From Prevotella sp. (GTDB lineage Bacteria > Bacteroidota > Bacteroidia > Bacteroidales > Dysgonomonadaceae): a stretch of DNA of 41,891 nucleotides. Positions within the stretch are counted from its first letter, which is position 1. The number at the start of each line of letters is the position of its first letter. Shown here piece after piece: positions 9,736 through 20,080 of this stretch. Location: the NCBI GenBank assembly GCA_031285625.1, contig JAITVV010000085.1, positions 1-41,891 on the forward strand, written 5' to 3'. The position numbers and the translations under genes were made by a program. Under the pieces are notes generated by a model, which made no database searches, was not told the origin of the DNA, and saw nothing but the letters and a program-made list of their open reading frames with translations.

Positions 9736-11157
9736 ATGAAAGCTAAATTTATAAACAAGCTGGTACTATTGGGGGTAATAACCTCAATAGTACTAACCTC
9801 CTGTCAAGTGATGAATAAATACAAATCTCCGGAAGCAGATAGTAAAGATCTATTCAGAGATGAGACCCCGATGGATACAACTACCATAGCATCAATACCA
9901 TGGTGGGAATATTTCAATGATTCTTATTTACAGACCTATATTAAAGAAGCGCTGATAAATAACTTTGATATGCTGATAGCTACCGAGCGTATAAAACAAG
10001 CCGAGGCGGCATTAGGAATGGCCCGTGCTGCTTATTTTCCGGATGTGGCATTATCTGCTCAGGTAGAACAAACACGTTTAAGTAATGCTGACCCATTAAC
10101 CGGAATGCCTAGAAGCAAGAATAACTTGGCATATCATAAAGAGAACTATTCACTAGCTATTGTTGCTAGCTGGGAATTGAATATATGGGGAAAGCTTAAT
10201 CGTCAATCAAAAGTTAAATATGCTCAGATGTTAAATAGCTATGCTGGACGTAATCTTATACAGACATCACTTATATCCAATATGGTTAACGTGTATTCTG
10301 CTATTATGGCTTTGGATGAGCAACTGAAGGTAACAAAGGAGATGATTGCACTTATGCAAGATAATCTGATTACCACTGAGGCTCTCAAAGATGCGGGAAT
10401 GGCTAATGGTGCTGCTGTGGAACAAACAAGAGCTGCACTGTCTAGTGCGAAAACCTCTATTCCTGATCTTGAAAGTAATATAAGGCAGCTCGAAAATAGT
10501 TTGTGTATTATGCTAGGTCGAAAACCTGGGCAGATTAATCGTTCAACTATTGCACAACAAAAAATATCAGCTGAGTTAGCACATGGAATTCCAGCTCAAA
10601 TGTTGGCACTACGTCCCGATGTGAATCAGGCAGAATTGGAATTCAGGTCTGCCTTTGAACTGACAAATGCTGCAAAGGCTAGTTTTTATCCGTCGATTAA
10701 TCTAACATCTGGGATGATAGGCTTTTCAACTGTCAACGGACTGAGTGGCTTCTTTAAACCGGAAAATATATTTGCCAGTATTGCGGGAGGGCTTACACAA
10801 CCTGTTTTTGCCCGTAAACAGCTGATTACGCAATATAAAATGGCTAAATCGGAGCAGCAGATTGCATTGCTCACATTCGAGAAAACAGTATTAGCTGCCG
10901 GGCAAGAGGTTTCAGATATTCTCTATACTTATGAATCTTCATTAAAGAAGAATCTTGATAGGGAAGTACAAGTAGAATCTCTAACCAAAGCTGTTAGTTA
11001 TACTCAGGAATTACTGAAAGCAGGAGAAGCAACTTATCTTGAAGTGTTAAGTGCTCAACAAGGATTATTGGAAGCTCAATTAAATCAGGTTAGTGATAAG
11101 CTACAACAGCTACAATCAGCTTCTGATCTTTATAGAGCATTAGGAGGAGGACTCTAA
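9736..11157 (+). CDS. Outer-membrane efflux lipoprotein (OprM / NodT family)
   Basis: Lipobox TSC; WWEYFND, RPDV, C-terminal LYRALGGG. Confidence 0.95.
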   Translation: MKAKFINKLVLLGVITSIVLTSCQVMNKYKSPEADSKDLFRDETPMDTTTIASIPWWEYFNDSYLQTYIKEALINNFDMLIATERIKQAEAALGMARAAYFPDVALSAQVEQTRLSNADPLTGMPRSKNNLAYHKENYSLAIVASWELNIWGKLNRQSKVKYAQMLNSYAGRNLIQTSLISNMVNVYSAIMALDEQLKVTKEMIALMQDNLITTEALKDAGMANGAAVEQTRAALSSAKTSIPDLESNIRQLENSLCIMLGRKPGQINRSTIAQQKISAELAHGIPAQMLALRPDVNQAELEFRSAFELTNAAKASFYPSINLTSGMIGFSTVNGLSGFFKPENIFASIAGGLTQPVFARKQLITQYKMAKSEQQIALLTFEKTVLAAGQEVSDILYTYESSLKKNLDREVQVESLTKAVSYTQELLKAGEATYLEVLSAQQGLLEAQLNQVSDKLQQLQSASDLYRALGGGL

Positions 11158-11185
11158 TAATCTGTATCAAATAATCTAATCGTCG

Positions 11186-11232
11186 AGGTCAATCAGGTTT
11201 GTAATATTAATACAAAACTTTGGTTGACTTTG
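11186..11232 (+). terminator. Stem-loop after the efflux operon
   Basis: GTCAATCA...TTTGTA / TACAAA...TGGTTGAC imperfect inverted repeat. Confidence 0.55.
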
Positions 11233-11276
11233 GTGGTATTTATTAGCAACCTGTTTTCTGTTAAATAAATATTATG

Positions 11277-11284
11277 TATCTTTG
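11277..11284 (+). promoter_or_regulatory. Bacteroidetes sigma-A -7 box
   Basis: TATCTTTG matches TAnnTTTG, about 190 nt upstream of the methyltransferase ATG. Confidence 0.6.
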
Positions 11285-11474
11285 CCGCATGTGTAAAACT
11301 TTAAAATCGGATTTGGTGTAGTAAACAATCTGTGATTCTTATACAGATTGTCCTTTCGTTTGCTCTCGAACAATTCTTTTCGGGAAGTAATCTTATATTA
11401 TAATAATTTAGTTTTTATCCGCATACAATACTGAAAGTATTGTGCTTTCTGTGTATGCAAAATACATTAAGATA

Positions 11475-12254
11475 ATGAGTAACGAAAATAAAACAATTCA
11501 CGAATTCGATTTTAATTTAATCTGCGATTTTTTCAAAAATATGGAACGCCAAGGACCTGGTAGTCCCGAAGCAACCCTAAAAGCCCTTAGCTTTATAGAT
11601 AATCTAAGCGATAATTCCTGCATCGCCGATCTTGGTTGTGGCACGGGTGGTCAGACAATGACGCTCGCTAAGCATGTGCAGGGAAAGATTACCGGACTAG
11701 ACCTATTTCCTGATTTTATTAATATCTTAAACCGCAATGCAATGCAGTCTGGTTTGCAAGATAGGGTGAAAGGTATTGTAGGATCAATGGATAACCTTCC
11801 TTTTGAGCATGAAGAATTAGACCTGATTTGGTCTGAAGGGGCCATTTATAATATCGGTTTTGAACGGGGCCTGAATGAATGGCGGAAATATTTGAAAACA
11901 GGAGGGTATATTGCCGTTTCTGAAAGTTCGTGGTTTACAGATGAACGCCCCGCCGAAATCAATGACTTCTGGATGGATGCCTATCCTGAAATAGATACTA
12001 TTCCCAATCAGGTGGCTAAAATACATAAAGCCGGGTATTTGCCTGTCGCAACTTTTATACTACCGGAAAATTGCTGGACAGAGCATTATTTTGCTCCGAA
12101 AGTTAAAGCTCAGGAGATCTTTCTTAATGAACATGCTGGAAATAAAGCCGCTGAGGAATTTATGAAGCTTCAACCTCATGAAGAAGATTTATACCGCAAG
12201 TATAAAGAATTTTACGGCTATGTATTCTTTATTGCAAAAAAGACGGGCCGATGA
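11475..12254 (+). CDS. Class I SAM-dependent methyltransferase
   Basis: [12 protein letters not shown] motif [14 protein letters not shown]. Start moved to the ATG at 11475 ([11 protein letters not shown]). Confidence 0.9.
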   Translation: MSNENKTIHEFDFNLICDFFKNMERQGPGSPEATLKALSFIDNLSDNSCIADLGCGTGGQTMTLAKHVQGKITGLDLFPDFINILNRNAMQSGLQDRVKGIVGSMDNLPFEHEELDLIWSEGAIYNIGFERGLNEWRKYLKTGGYIAVSESSWFTDERPAEINDFWMDAYPEIDTIPNQVAKIHKAGYLPVATFILPENCWTEHYFAPKVKAQEIFLNEHAGNKAAEEFMKLQPHEEDLYRKYKEFYGYVFFIAKKTGR

Positions 12255-12289
12255 TTGATTTGTAGAGCGAATCTCGATCTTCTATATTA

Positions 12290-12328
12290 AACAGTGTAGG
12301 TATTCTTTGAATGAATATCTACACTGTT
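12290..12328 (+). terminator. Long stem-loop, probable terminator
   Basis: AACAGTGTAGGTATTC / GAATATCTACACTGTT, 16-bp stem with one G-U pair. Confidence 0.65.
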
Positions 12329-12370
12329 CTGCATTGGAAATACGCTTTGTATAAACTTATTATTTCTCCT

Positions 12371-12403
12371 TTTGTTTTTTGTAATATCTATTTACTACCT
12401 TTG
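12371..12403 (+). promoter_or_regulatory. Bacteroidetes sigma-A promoter
   Basis: TTTG (12371) - 21 nt - TACCTTTG (12396). Confidence 0.6.
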
Positions 12404-12512
12404 AGAATATCTAGATATAGAATGCCCTATATGACAGATTTATTAAACTTTGTGGAGAAGAACATGCGACAAACTTATATGTCGTAAATATTTATAACTA
12501 AGATAAATCTAC

Positions 12513-13805
12513 ATGAAAAAACAATTCATTATTTATGCCTTTATCCTATTCTTTCTGGGATGTAAAGGTACGGCCGAGAAGAAGATAGATTCTGAGTTGG
12601 CTCAACAGATCCAACAGGATGAAAGATTAAGTACAGTAAGGTCTATGGCCGAGAATTTATTAAAAGAGGGATTAAACGCCGGAGATAGCTACAATGAAAT
12701 CTGGATTCGCGACCTTAATACTTTTATTGAGTTAGCATGTAGGGTGGGAGATGTCAGTAAAATACGGGAGTCTCTCATTACTTTCTTCAAGTTCCAGGGC
12801 AAGGATGGCAATATAGTAGATGGATATGTAGAAAAGAATGATTCGCAAATTCCATATAATTTCTATTATAGTGATTTGGCACCGGAATTTGCCGCGCATA
12901 AAAATACTGTCGAAACTGATCAGGAATCGTCACTTATTCAGGCTATTGCTAAATATATCCGCACAACAGGTGATAAGTCGATTCTTCAGGAAGCTGTTAA
13001 TGGGCGTACTGTTGAACAGAGGATGGGAGATGCCCTTAATTTTCTGATGACTGAAAGGTATAACGAGCAATACGGTTTGTTATGGGGAGCGACTACTGCC
13101 GACTGGGGTGACGTTCAGCCGGAACACGACTGGGGTGTAAATATAGATAGTACCTCTCATTTATGTTTGGATATATACGACAATGCAATGTTTATTATAG
13201 CTATCAAAGACTATCTTGAGATAGCCGAAAAAGCAGATAAGACATTGTGGAATAAAACTAGTAAGCAAATTGCCGATAATGTCAGAAAGCATCTATGGGA
13301 TTCTGATAAACAGAAGTTTATACCTCATATTTACTTAGATGGCTCTCCGTTTCCCGCCGACTTTGATGAAAATGCTATTTATTACCATGGTGGAACAACT
13401 ATTGCTATCGAAGCAGGCTTATTGACACCGGATGAAATACTTGCAGCATATAACAAAATGAAGGAGAATGTTAGGGCAGCAAAAGCTCAGACTATCGGCC
13501 TAACTATGTATCCAACCTATCCTGAAGGATTCTTTAAGAATAAAGGTATGGCTCCGTATAATTACCAGAACGGTGGAGACTGGACATGGTATGGAGGCCG
13601 GCTGGTTCAACAACTGATAGCTAATGGCTTCTATAGTGAAGCGTATGAAGCCATCTCCCCGATACTAGACAGAACCATCAAGCATAATAATTTCTATGAA
13701 TGGTGGACCCCTGAAGGGATACCTCATTGCGGAAATTTCAGAGGCTCTGCCGGAGTATTGTGGAAGGCCATCCTAATGTTTGATGATACAATAAAAAATA
13801 ATTGA
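12513..13805 (+). CDS. (alpha/alpha)6-barrel glycoside hydrolase-like lipoprotein, family uncertain
   Basis: Lipobox LGC; WIRD, DWGD, DIYDNA, YQNGGDW and YEWW motifs typical of six-hairpin glycosidases. Confidence 0.7.
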   Translation: MKKQFIIYAFILFFLGCKGTAEKKIDSELAQQIQQDERLSTVRSMAENLLKEGLNAGDSYNEIWIRDLNTFIELACRVGDVSKIRESLITFFKFQGKDGNIVDGYVEKNDSQIPYNFYYSDLAPEFAAHKNTVETDQESSLIQAIAKYIRTTGDKSILQEAVNGRTVEQRMGDALNFLMTERYNEQYGLLWGATTADWGDVQPEHDWGVNIDSTSHLCLDIYDNAMFIIAIKDYLEIAEKADKTLWNKTSKQIADNVRKHLWDSDKQKFIPHIYLDGSPFPADFDENAIYYHGGTTIAIEAGLLTPDEILAAYNKMKENVRAAKAQTIGLTMYPTYPEGFFKNKGMAPYNYQNGGDWTWYGGRLVQQLIANGFYSEAYEAISPILDRTIKHNNFYEWWTPEGIPHCGNFRGSAGVLWKAILMFDDTIKNN

Positions 13806-13865
13806 TCTATTTGGGAAGGTATGATTTCATATTTTTACAATATTCTTATTATCATATATTTACTT

Positions 13866-14003
13866 TAAAAAGGTGACAAAAGTAACAACTTTATCTATTG
13901 TTTTGGTTGTTACTTTTTACCTTCTTGTACATTCTTCTCTCATTTCTAAAAAAGGTGACAAAAGTAACAGCTTTTAGTCTACTTATTACTGTTACTTTTT
14001 CTC
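13866..14003. repeat. Two tandem ~82-bp units, each with an internal inverted repeat
   Basis: AAAAAGGTGACAAAAGTAACA at 13867 and 13949; each pairs with a downstream TGTTACTTTT. Confidence 0.75.
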
Positions 14004-14038
14004 TTAATAAATGAAAGAACTTATTTATAATAGATAAT

Positions 14039-16267
14039 TTATTTTATTTTTAATAGTAACACACCATGTCCGGGAATCATTGACTGGAACGAAGTTTTCA
14101 TATTATCTGCAGTTGTATGTCTCCACAAATCCCTGATTTCGGATGGTGATGTAATACTTAGGTCAGACCAGTTTAAAGTCACATTTTTATCTTCCTCGTT
14201 TAGATTGAAAAATCCAATAGCTTTGCTACTGTCTTCCAGCTCTTTTACCCATACTTGTATATTCTCGGAATCATAGATACGCTTTGCCTGTTTGCCCAAT
14301 ACATCCTGATTTATACCGATTACCTCATGATTCGTCAGCAGGCTCATTGTAAAGTCGTCCAGTTGACTGATATCACAACCTATAAGAAGCGGCGAAGCCA
14401 GTAAAGCCCACAAACTGATATGAGTATATTGTTCGTCAATGGTCAAACGTGTAGAGCGTAACTGATCTCCCCAACCTACCTTTCCAACAATCAACATATC
14501 AGGATCATTCCACCTGCCGGGTTTTGCATATGGATATTGTTTATCCTGATTAAATCCGATGAATGAGAGTGACCACCATGAGTCCGTAATATCTCCTGTT
14601 GTTCTCCAGCAGTTACCATCTACGGTAGCGCCCCATTTCCATACATCATCCATTCCATACTGACACAGGCTGTAGATAATGTCCCGCTTTTGTTTACGCA
14701 GAGCCTTCTCCATTATTTGGTAAGGTTTGGCATAGCCTAATAAAGAGTAATCAGCCTCTTTGTGGAAAATTTCCATATACGAACACCAGTCGTACTTTAG
14801 ATAATCAATACCCCATTGTGCATAGGTTCTCGCATCTATTTCTTCATATCCATATGATGCCAGTTCACGGGCACAGGTTTGCGTTCCGGGAGAAGAATAT
14901 ATACCAAGTTTTAATCCGTTGCTATGTAGCCAGTCTGCCAGTCCTTTTATGTTCGGAAAATGAGGTCCCGGATATAAAATACCATCGGAAGAGCGTTGTT
15001 TCGATTGCCACGAATCATCGATGTTGATATATGTCCATCCAAAATCGATTAATCCTTTATCGATTAATGCCTGAGCCGAACTTCTTACTTTGGCTTCTGT
15101 TACGCTTGGTCCCCAGCAATTCCAACTATTCCAGCCCATAGGAGGGGTAAGAGCAAGCAGATTCCCTACTTTTATTGTGAACTCCTGTTCTGCTTTACCG
15201 TGTTTGTTTAGGGCTTCCAAAGTCATTTTATATTCACCTTCGGTATTCATATACCCTGTAATAACCCCTGTGATAGAATCAAGATATAAACCTTGAGGCA
15301 GATCTTTTACAGAATATCTTATCGGTTTTTCTCCGGATGCTGCAATTTTGTACAGGAATGGAGATTCCGGCCTTACTCCGAAAACTTTGGCACTGTTTAT
15401 CCTGGGTGTGGCGGCAACAGCAGGTGTCAGTATATATGCAGGGACAAACTCTTTCTCTTTTATTTTTTTTGTTTTCTCGTCTGTATATTTCAGGCTTACC
15501 TTTACTCTTTTGTTTACCGGATAGGTGATCCTACGGATATCTTTTTTTGAAACATCTATTCTGATATTATAAGTTATATTGGAATATTCTACTCCGTTGT
15601 AGGTATCCACAGCCTTTATTTCCAGTTTCCCTTTTTGTCCTGCAATTTTAGTATTGGATAATATGACATCGCATATTCCTTTATCTCCGGATGTAGAAAA
15701 CTCATGGCTTATATCCAACTCATCTATCAGATCGGGAATATACAGATAAGGCATCCCGTTAAATATCCCACCATTTGCGTCATCGTCATACACCTTTATG
15801 GCAATCACATTTTCTTTATCCCATAGTATTGATGGATCACTGGTCGGTATCCTGTAGTTTCTGATAACTGTCCACTGCGAGTAATATCCTCCTTCGTCAG
15901 TAGGAAATCTTCCTGTTTTACCAATAAGTTTTCCATTGAGATATATTTCGTCAGCATCGTCTATCTGTGCAAAATAGAAATTGAGCTCTTTTTTCAGAAC
16001 GGAATTGTCGAGTAAGGCTTTTGGTAAGTTAAACCTGATACGGTACCAGGCATATCCGTTATATACAGGATATCCTTGTTCTTCCCAAACTTCACTGGTT
16101 CTTATGGTCTCCCATCCTGAATCGTTCAACTCTCTTTCTTTCCACGAAATCTCATCTCCTGTTTTAAATTTTGCCTCAGGAAAAGATATTTTTTGTTGTG
16201 CTAAAACTTCGGATATTCCGGTTAGGAATAATATATTTAAAAGAAGTATGATTATTTGCTTTTTCAT
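14039..16267 (-). CDS. GH27 alpha-galactosidase with N-terminal galactose-binding-like and Ig-like domains
   Basis: TPPMGWNSWN, YINIDDSW, YLKYDWC, WRTTGDI, WNDPDML. Confidence 0.92.
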   Translation of the reverse strand: MKKQIIILLLNILFLTGISEVLAQQKISFPEAKFKTGDEISWKERELNDSGWETIRTSEVWEEQGYPVYNGYAWYRIRFNLPKALLDNSVLKKELNFYFAQIDDADEIYLNGKLIGKTGRFPTDEGGYYSQWTVIRNYRIPTSDPSILWDKENVIAIKVYDDDANGGIFNGMPYLYIPDLIDELDISHEFSTSGDKGICDVILSNTKIAGQKGKLEIKAVDTYNGVEYSNITYNIRIDVSKKDIRRITYPVNKRVKVSLKYTDEKTKKIKEKEFVPAYILTPAVAATPRINSAKVFGVRPESPFLYKIAASGEKPIRYSVKDLPQGLYLDSITGVITGYMNTEGEYKMTLEALNKHGKAEQEFTIKVGNLLALTPPMGWNSWNCWGPSVTEAKVRSSAQALIDKGLIDFGWTYINIDDSWQSKQRSSDGILYPGPHFPNIKGLADWLHSNGLKLGIYSSPGTQTCARELASYGYEEIDARTYAQWGIDYLKYDWCSYMEIFHKEADYSLLGYAKPYQIMEKALRKQKRDIIYSLCQYGMDDVWKWGATVDGNCWRTTGDITDSWWSLSFIGFNQDKQYPYAKPGRWNDPDMLIVGKVGWGDQLRSTRLTIDEQYTHISLWALLASPLLIGCDISQLDDFTMSLLTNHEVIGINQDVLGKQAKRIYDSENIQVWVKELEDSSKAIGFFNLNEEDKNVTLNWSDLSITSPSEIRDLWRHTTADNMKTSFQSMIPGHGVLLLKIK

Positions 16268-16285
16268 TGTTACAATTAATATTTA

Positions 16286-17668
16286 CTACTCTAAAAACAA
16301 TTCGATGACAGGTACTTCAACATTTGGTCTTTCTACAGGTAGCGAAAGTATTACATCACTGGCCTTAGACGTTTCTGTAATATGGCTTCCCGCTTCTGTA
16401 GGTGTACTAAATCTTATTTCCGATGCATCGTTAAGCAACTGGGCGTACTTAAATTTTCCTTTGTAACCCGGTAAATGTAATGATTTGAAAGGCCATTCAA
16501 GCACATGTATGTACAACCTTTTTTTCGTTGGATTATATGTAATCATACAGTTTTTAGGAATTTCAAATTCTTCCGGCGCTTGTGTACACCCATATACCGA
16601 ACGGTCGTGATATTTCATCCACTGACCTAATCCGTCTAGCCGTTCATTAGCTCGCTCATCAAATACTCCCCGGGCTGTAGGGCCTACATTCAGCAACAGA
16701 TTTCCTCCTTTACTTACTGTTTCTACAAGCATTACGATCAATTGGTGTACACTTTTCCATGAATATTCATCACGATGGTATCCCCACGAACCGGAGAAAG
16801 TCTGGCAAGTCTCCCACGGAACACGCTCACCACGTACGGTAGGCCATTCTTGTGGCATAAATTGTTCGGGAGTAACAAAATCCCAACCCCAATCTGTATG
16901 ATCAAGATCTAGCCTGTTGTCGACTAAAATATGGGGTTGTAACTCGCGTGCAAGTTTTAACAAGCCTTCCGAATCCCACTCTTTATGTCCTTTGCCGTTT
17001 TCACCGGGATACGAGAAATCCATAAACAGTTCGTCGATACGTCCATAGTTTGTCAACAATTCTCTCAACTGATCTTTCATATATTGCTGATATATTTTCA
17101 GATCTCTTTTGGCATTCTCTTTTTTCCGCTCTTCAGGATCGGTCGGTGTAGGCGGGTGAGAGTGATCGAACGTAAAATGAGGATGATGCCAGTCGATAAG
17201 CGAGAAATAGAATCCCACTCTGAGACCCTCAGCTCTCAATGCCTCTACCAAAGGGCGGATCAGATCCTTTCCATACGGGGTATTTGTTACTTTATAGTCG
17301 GTATATTTTGTATCCCACAGGCAAAATCCATCATGATGTTTTGTAGTGATTACTACATATTTCATCCCGGCCTCTTTAGCTTTCGCTGCCCATTCTTTCG
17401 GATTATAGAGATCTGGATCGAAGTGATCAAAATATTTTTTATAATCGGTTGGGGTTATCTTTTCGTACAGTTGTATCCATTCGTGCCGTGCCGGCAGAGA
17501 GTAAATACCCCAGTGGATAAACATGCCGAAACGGTCGTGGGTCCACCATTCCATCCTTTTTTCTTTCTGTTCTTTTGTCTCCTTTGCCCAGGATGGAGTA
17601 TCCTGAGCATATATCTCACTTATGGGTAATAATAATATGATGCAAATGCATTTCAATAAGTTTTTCAT
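16286..17668 (-). CDS. GH29 alpha-L-fucosidase
   Basis: RFGMFIHWG, TTKHHDGFCLWD, FMDFS, WETCQT, GGNLLLNVGP. Confidence 0.93.
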   Translation of the reverse strand: MKNLLKCICIILLLPISEIYAQDTPSWAKETKEQKEKRMEWWTHDRFGMFIHWGIYSLPARHEWIQLYEKITPTDYKKYFDHFDPDLYNPKEWAAKAKEAGMKYVVITTKHHDGFCLWDTKYTDYKVTNTPYGKDLIRPLVEALRAEGLRVGFYFSLIDWHHPHFTFDHSHPPTPTDPEERKKENAKRDLKIYQQYMKDQLRELLTNYGRIDELFMDFSYPGENGKGHKEWDSEGLLKLARELQPHILVDNRLDLDHTDWGWDFVTPEQFMPQEWPTVRGERVPWETCQTFSGSWGYHRDEYSWKSVHQLIVMLVETVSKGGNLLLNVGPTARGVFDERANERLDGLGQWMKYHDRSVYGCTQAPEEFEIPKNCMITYNPTKKRLYIHVLEWPFKSLHLPGYKGKFKYAQLLNDASEIRFSTPTEAGSHITETSKASDVILSLPVERPNVEVPVIELFLE

Positions 17669-17717
17669 AATTGGTAAGATTTACTTGGGTATGTTAAAAT
17701 TTACTGTCTTAAATATA

Positions 17718-20054
17718 CTATTTTATCTCAAAAGAATCTTCTTTAACATACACTTTATAGTCCTTTATCAGTCCCGGACTACCTTCATCTACCCGTGGCA
17801 GGTATTGCAGCCCTTTTATACTCTCCACTCTTCCCAGATCTATTACTATCTGATGAGGATAATTTTCATTCTGAACAGTACTCCAATAAGTAGATTCCTG
17901 TAGGTCAAAAACCTTATCAGCCGAATGGTTTCCCGTCTTAATATCTTCACTGTTTGCATAAATCATTTTCCAGTTTTGGCGTGACAGTGGTTTATTATCT
18001 GCACCAGTAATATATAATTCAGCTATTGCAGCATTTGCCCCGCCATCATGAGCACTTAAGGCTTCGATACACAGATAGCGTGCTTTTATTTCTTTTGCAA
18101 AGTCAGCCCGCTTCCATCCGTTTCCGGCTGAGAATGAACCAATGAAAACAGGAGATTCATTCGTCAGGTTTAGTGCTTCTCCATTATTACGGTGGGTTAG
18201 TGGTGCTTCGGGGCGAAGCATATCCAGAATAGGATACTTTAGCCCTTTTATCAAGGTTTGTTCGGGCCCTTTCAGATCGAGAACAATGATCTCATTTTCT
18301 CCTTCTTTCAACCAGCATCCGGGCATGAATAATGTCTGTTGTGGCCCTATTTCCCAAAAACGACCGATAGATATACCGTTTACCCATACCATTCCTTTTC
18401 CCCAATCCTGCATATTGAAAAACACGTCCCCGGTCTTCTCAAGGTTGAATGTTGCATGGTAATAAGCAGGGGCGGAGAGGGGAGTGCTATTCGGAGAAAA
18501 TCGTTTATCTTTTGCAAAAGAATAATCTACAGGAAAACTGAACACTTCCCAGTTCTTCAGTTCTTTCGCTCCTTTTTTGTTTACAATTTCCACTTTCTCA
18601 GTGATACCTTTACGGTCGTGTATAGCCTCATCAAAGTTGACACGTCCCATGGCTTCCACTAAAATATCCAGTTGTGCAGTTGTTTTACTCATGGGGAGTT
18701 TTACGGTATTTTGTCCACGGCGCCTGTCCAGTCTGGCTATAAGTTTGCCATCAATAAATACCTGTGCCCAATCGTGAGCTTCGGTTATGATCAGCGATGT
18801 TTCTTCTTTTATGGCAGGTAGGGTTGTACGATATAAGATGTTTCCCCAGCCCTGATCAAATTCTTCCATAGGTTTTATATCTACGGATTTCTTCGGTTGA
18901 GGTAGGTTTTCAAACAGAAGCGCCGATTCAGAAAATTTAATCTCCGGAATTTCTATTATAGGCATCGATTGGGGTATATCGATCAATTCCTGCTCTTCGT
19001 CCAGATAGTTGGATAACAGATTGCGGAGTATATAATATTTTTCTGTTGCCCATCCGGCCTCACTGATAGGTGCATCGTAATCATAAGAACTACACATGGC
19101 AGAGTATGCCGGGCTGTTTGCTCCTCCCCAATGTCCGAATGTAGTACCGCCATGAGCCATATACAAACTGAAAGAAATATTGTTGTCCAGCATTTCTTTA
19201 ATTCCGTTTGTCATTGCAGTAGCATCACGTGTTTCATGCGCCCGTCCCCAGTGATCAAACCAACCACTCCAGAATTCACTACACATTAGCGGGGTAGTTG
19301 GCCTAGCTTCTTGCAGGCTTTTAAATTGTTCGTTTATATTTGCTCCCGTACCGAAGTTTATTGTCCATAACAGGTCGTCGAGGGCATTATTTTTAAAATT
19401 GGAACTCCAGTCGCACTGAAAAAGAGGAACATCAGTGAAGCCGGCATCTTTTACCATGTCACGGATGTTGGATACATACTCTTTATCTGTATTATAGGCG
19501 CCATATTCGTTTTCTACCTGTACCATAATCAGATTACCTCCTCTGGTGATTTGGTGAGAGGCAAGCTGCTTGCCTATTTCATTCAGATATAATTTACTTC
19601 TTTCAAGGAAATATGGGTCATTTGAACGAACTGCAAGGTCTTTCTTCTTGAGTAGCCACCACGGAAGGCCACCCATTTCCCATTCGGCACAGGCATAAGG
19701 CCCGGGACGCAGGATAACATACATTCCGTGTTTTTCAACCAAGCGACAAAATTCTGCAATATCGTTTTGTCCTGAAAAGTTGAAATTGCCGGGAGTCTGC
19801 TCATGTATATTCCAAAAGGTATATATACAGATGGTATTCATCCCTAGCGCTTTACACATTTTGATGCGATGTTCCCAATATTCGGCAGGGATACGGGCAT
19901 AATGTATTTCAGCTGCTTTTATTATAAAAGGTTTGCCATTGAGAAGGAAAGTTTTATTTCCTATCTCAAACGACTTACCTTTTTCTATACTATAGCAATT
20001 TAGTCCAAATATAAAAACGGATATAAATAAAAAAGTCTTTAATAAATTTCTCAT
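17718..20054 (-). CDS. GH35 beta-galactosidase with C-terminal F5/8 (CBM32-like) domain
   Basis: EIHYARIP, RPGPYACAEW, QVENEYG, SEFWSGWFDHWG, SYDYDAPI. Confidence 0.94.
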   Translation of the reverse strand: MRNLLKTFLFISVFIFGLNCYSIEKGKSFEIGNKTFLLNGKPFIIKAAEIHYARIPAEYWEHRIKMCKALGMNTICIYTFWNIHEQTPGNFNFSGQNDIAEFCRLVEKHGMYVILRPGPYACAEWEMGGLPWWLLKKKDLAVRSNDPYFLERSKLYLNEIGKQLASHQITRGGNLIMVQVENEYGAYNTDKEYVSNIRDMVKDAGFTDVPLFQCDWSSNFKNNALDDLLWTINFGTGANINEQFKSLQEARPTTPLMCSEFWSGWFDHWGRAHETRDATAMTNGIKEMLDNNISFSLYMAHGGTTFGHWGGANSPAYSAMCSSYDYDAPISEAGWATEKYYILRNLLSNYLDEEQELIDIPQSMPIIEIPEIKFSESALLFENLPQPKKSVDIKPMEEFDQGWGNILYRTTLPAIKEETSLIITEAHDWAQVFIDGKLIARLDRRRGQNTVKLPMSKTTAQLDILVEAMGRVNFDEAIHDRKGITEKVEIVNKKGAKELKNWEVFSFPVDYSFAKDKRFSPNSTPLSAPAYYHATFNLEKTGDVFFNMQDWGKGMVWVNGISIGRFWEIGPQQTLFMPGCWLKEGENEIIVLDLKGPEQTLIKGLKYPILDMLRPEAPLTHRNNGEALNLTNESPVFIGSFSAGNGWKRADFAKEIKARYLCIEALSAHDGGANAAIAELYITGADNKPLSRQNWKMIYANSEDIKTGNHSADKVFDLQESTYWSTVQNENYPHQIVIDLGRVESIKGLQYLPRVDEGSPGLIKDYKVYVKEDSFEIK

Positions 20055-20080
20055 ACAATCTTCACTTCTTTTTATTGATA

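Noticed and set aside
11442-11474. Upstream start of the methyltransferase given by the ORF track
   Set aside because: It lies within the leader hairpin; the ATG at 11475 with an A-rich context is more plausible.
13866-14003. Possible mini CRISPR array
   Set aside because: Only two units, the variable part lies inside the hairpin, and there are no cas genes.
16985-17629. 214-aa ORF antisense to GH29, and the many other short ORFs nested in PUL and efflux genes
   Set aside because: They overlap well-supported genes on the opposite strand or frame and have no protein-like features.
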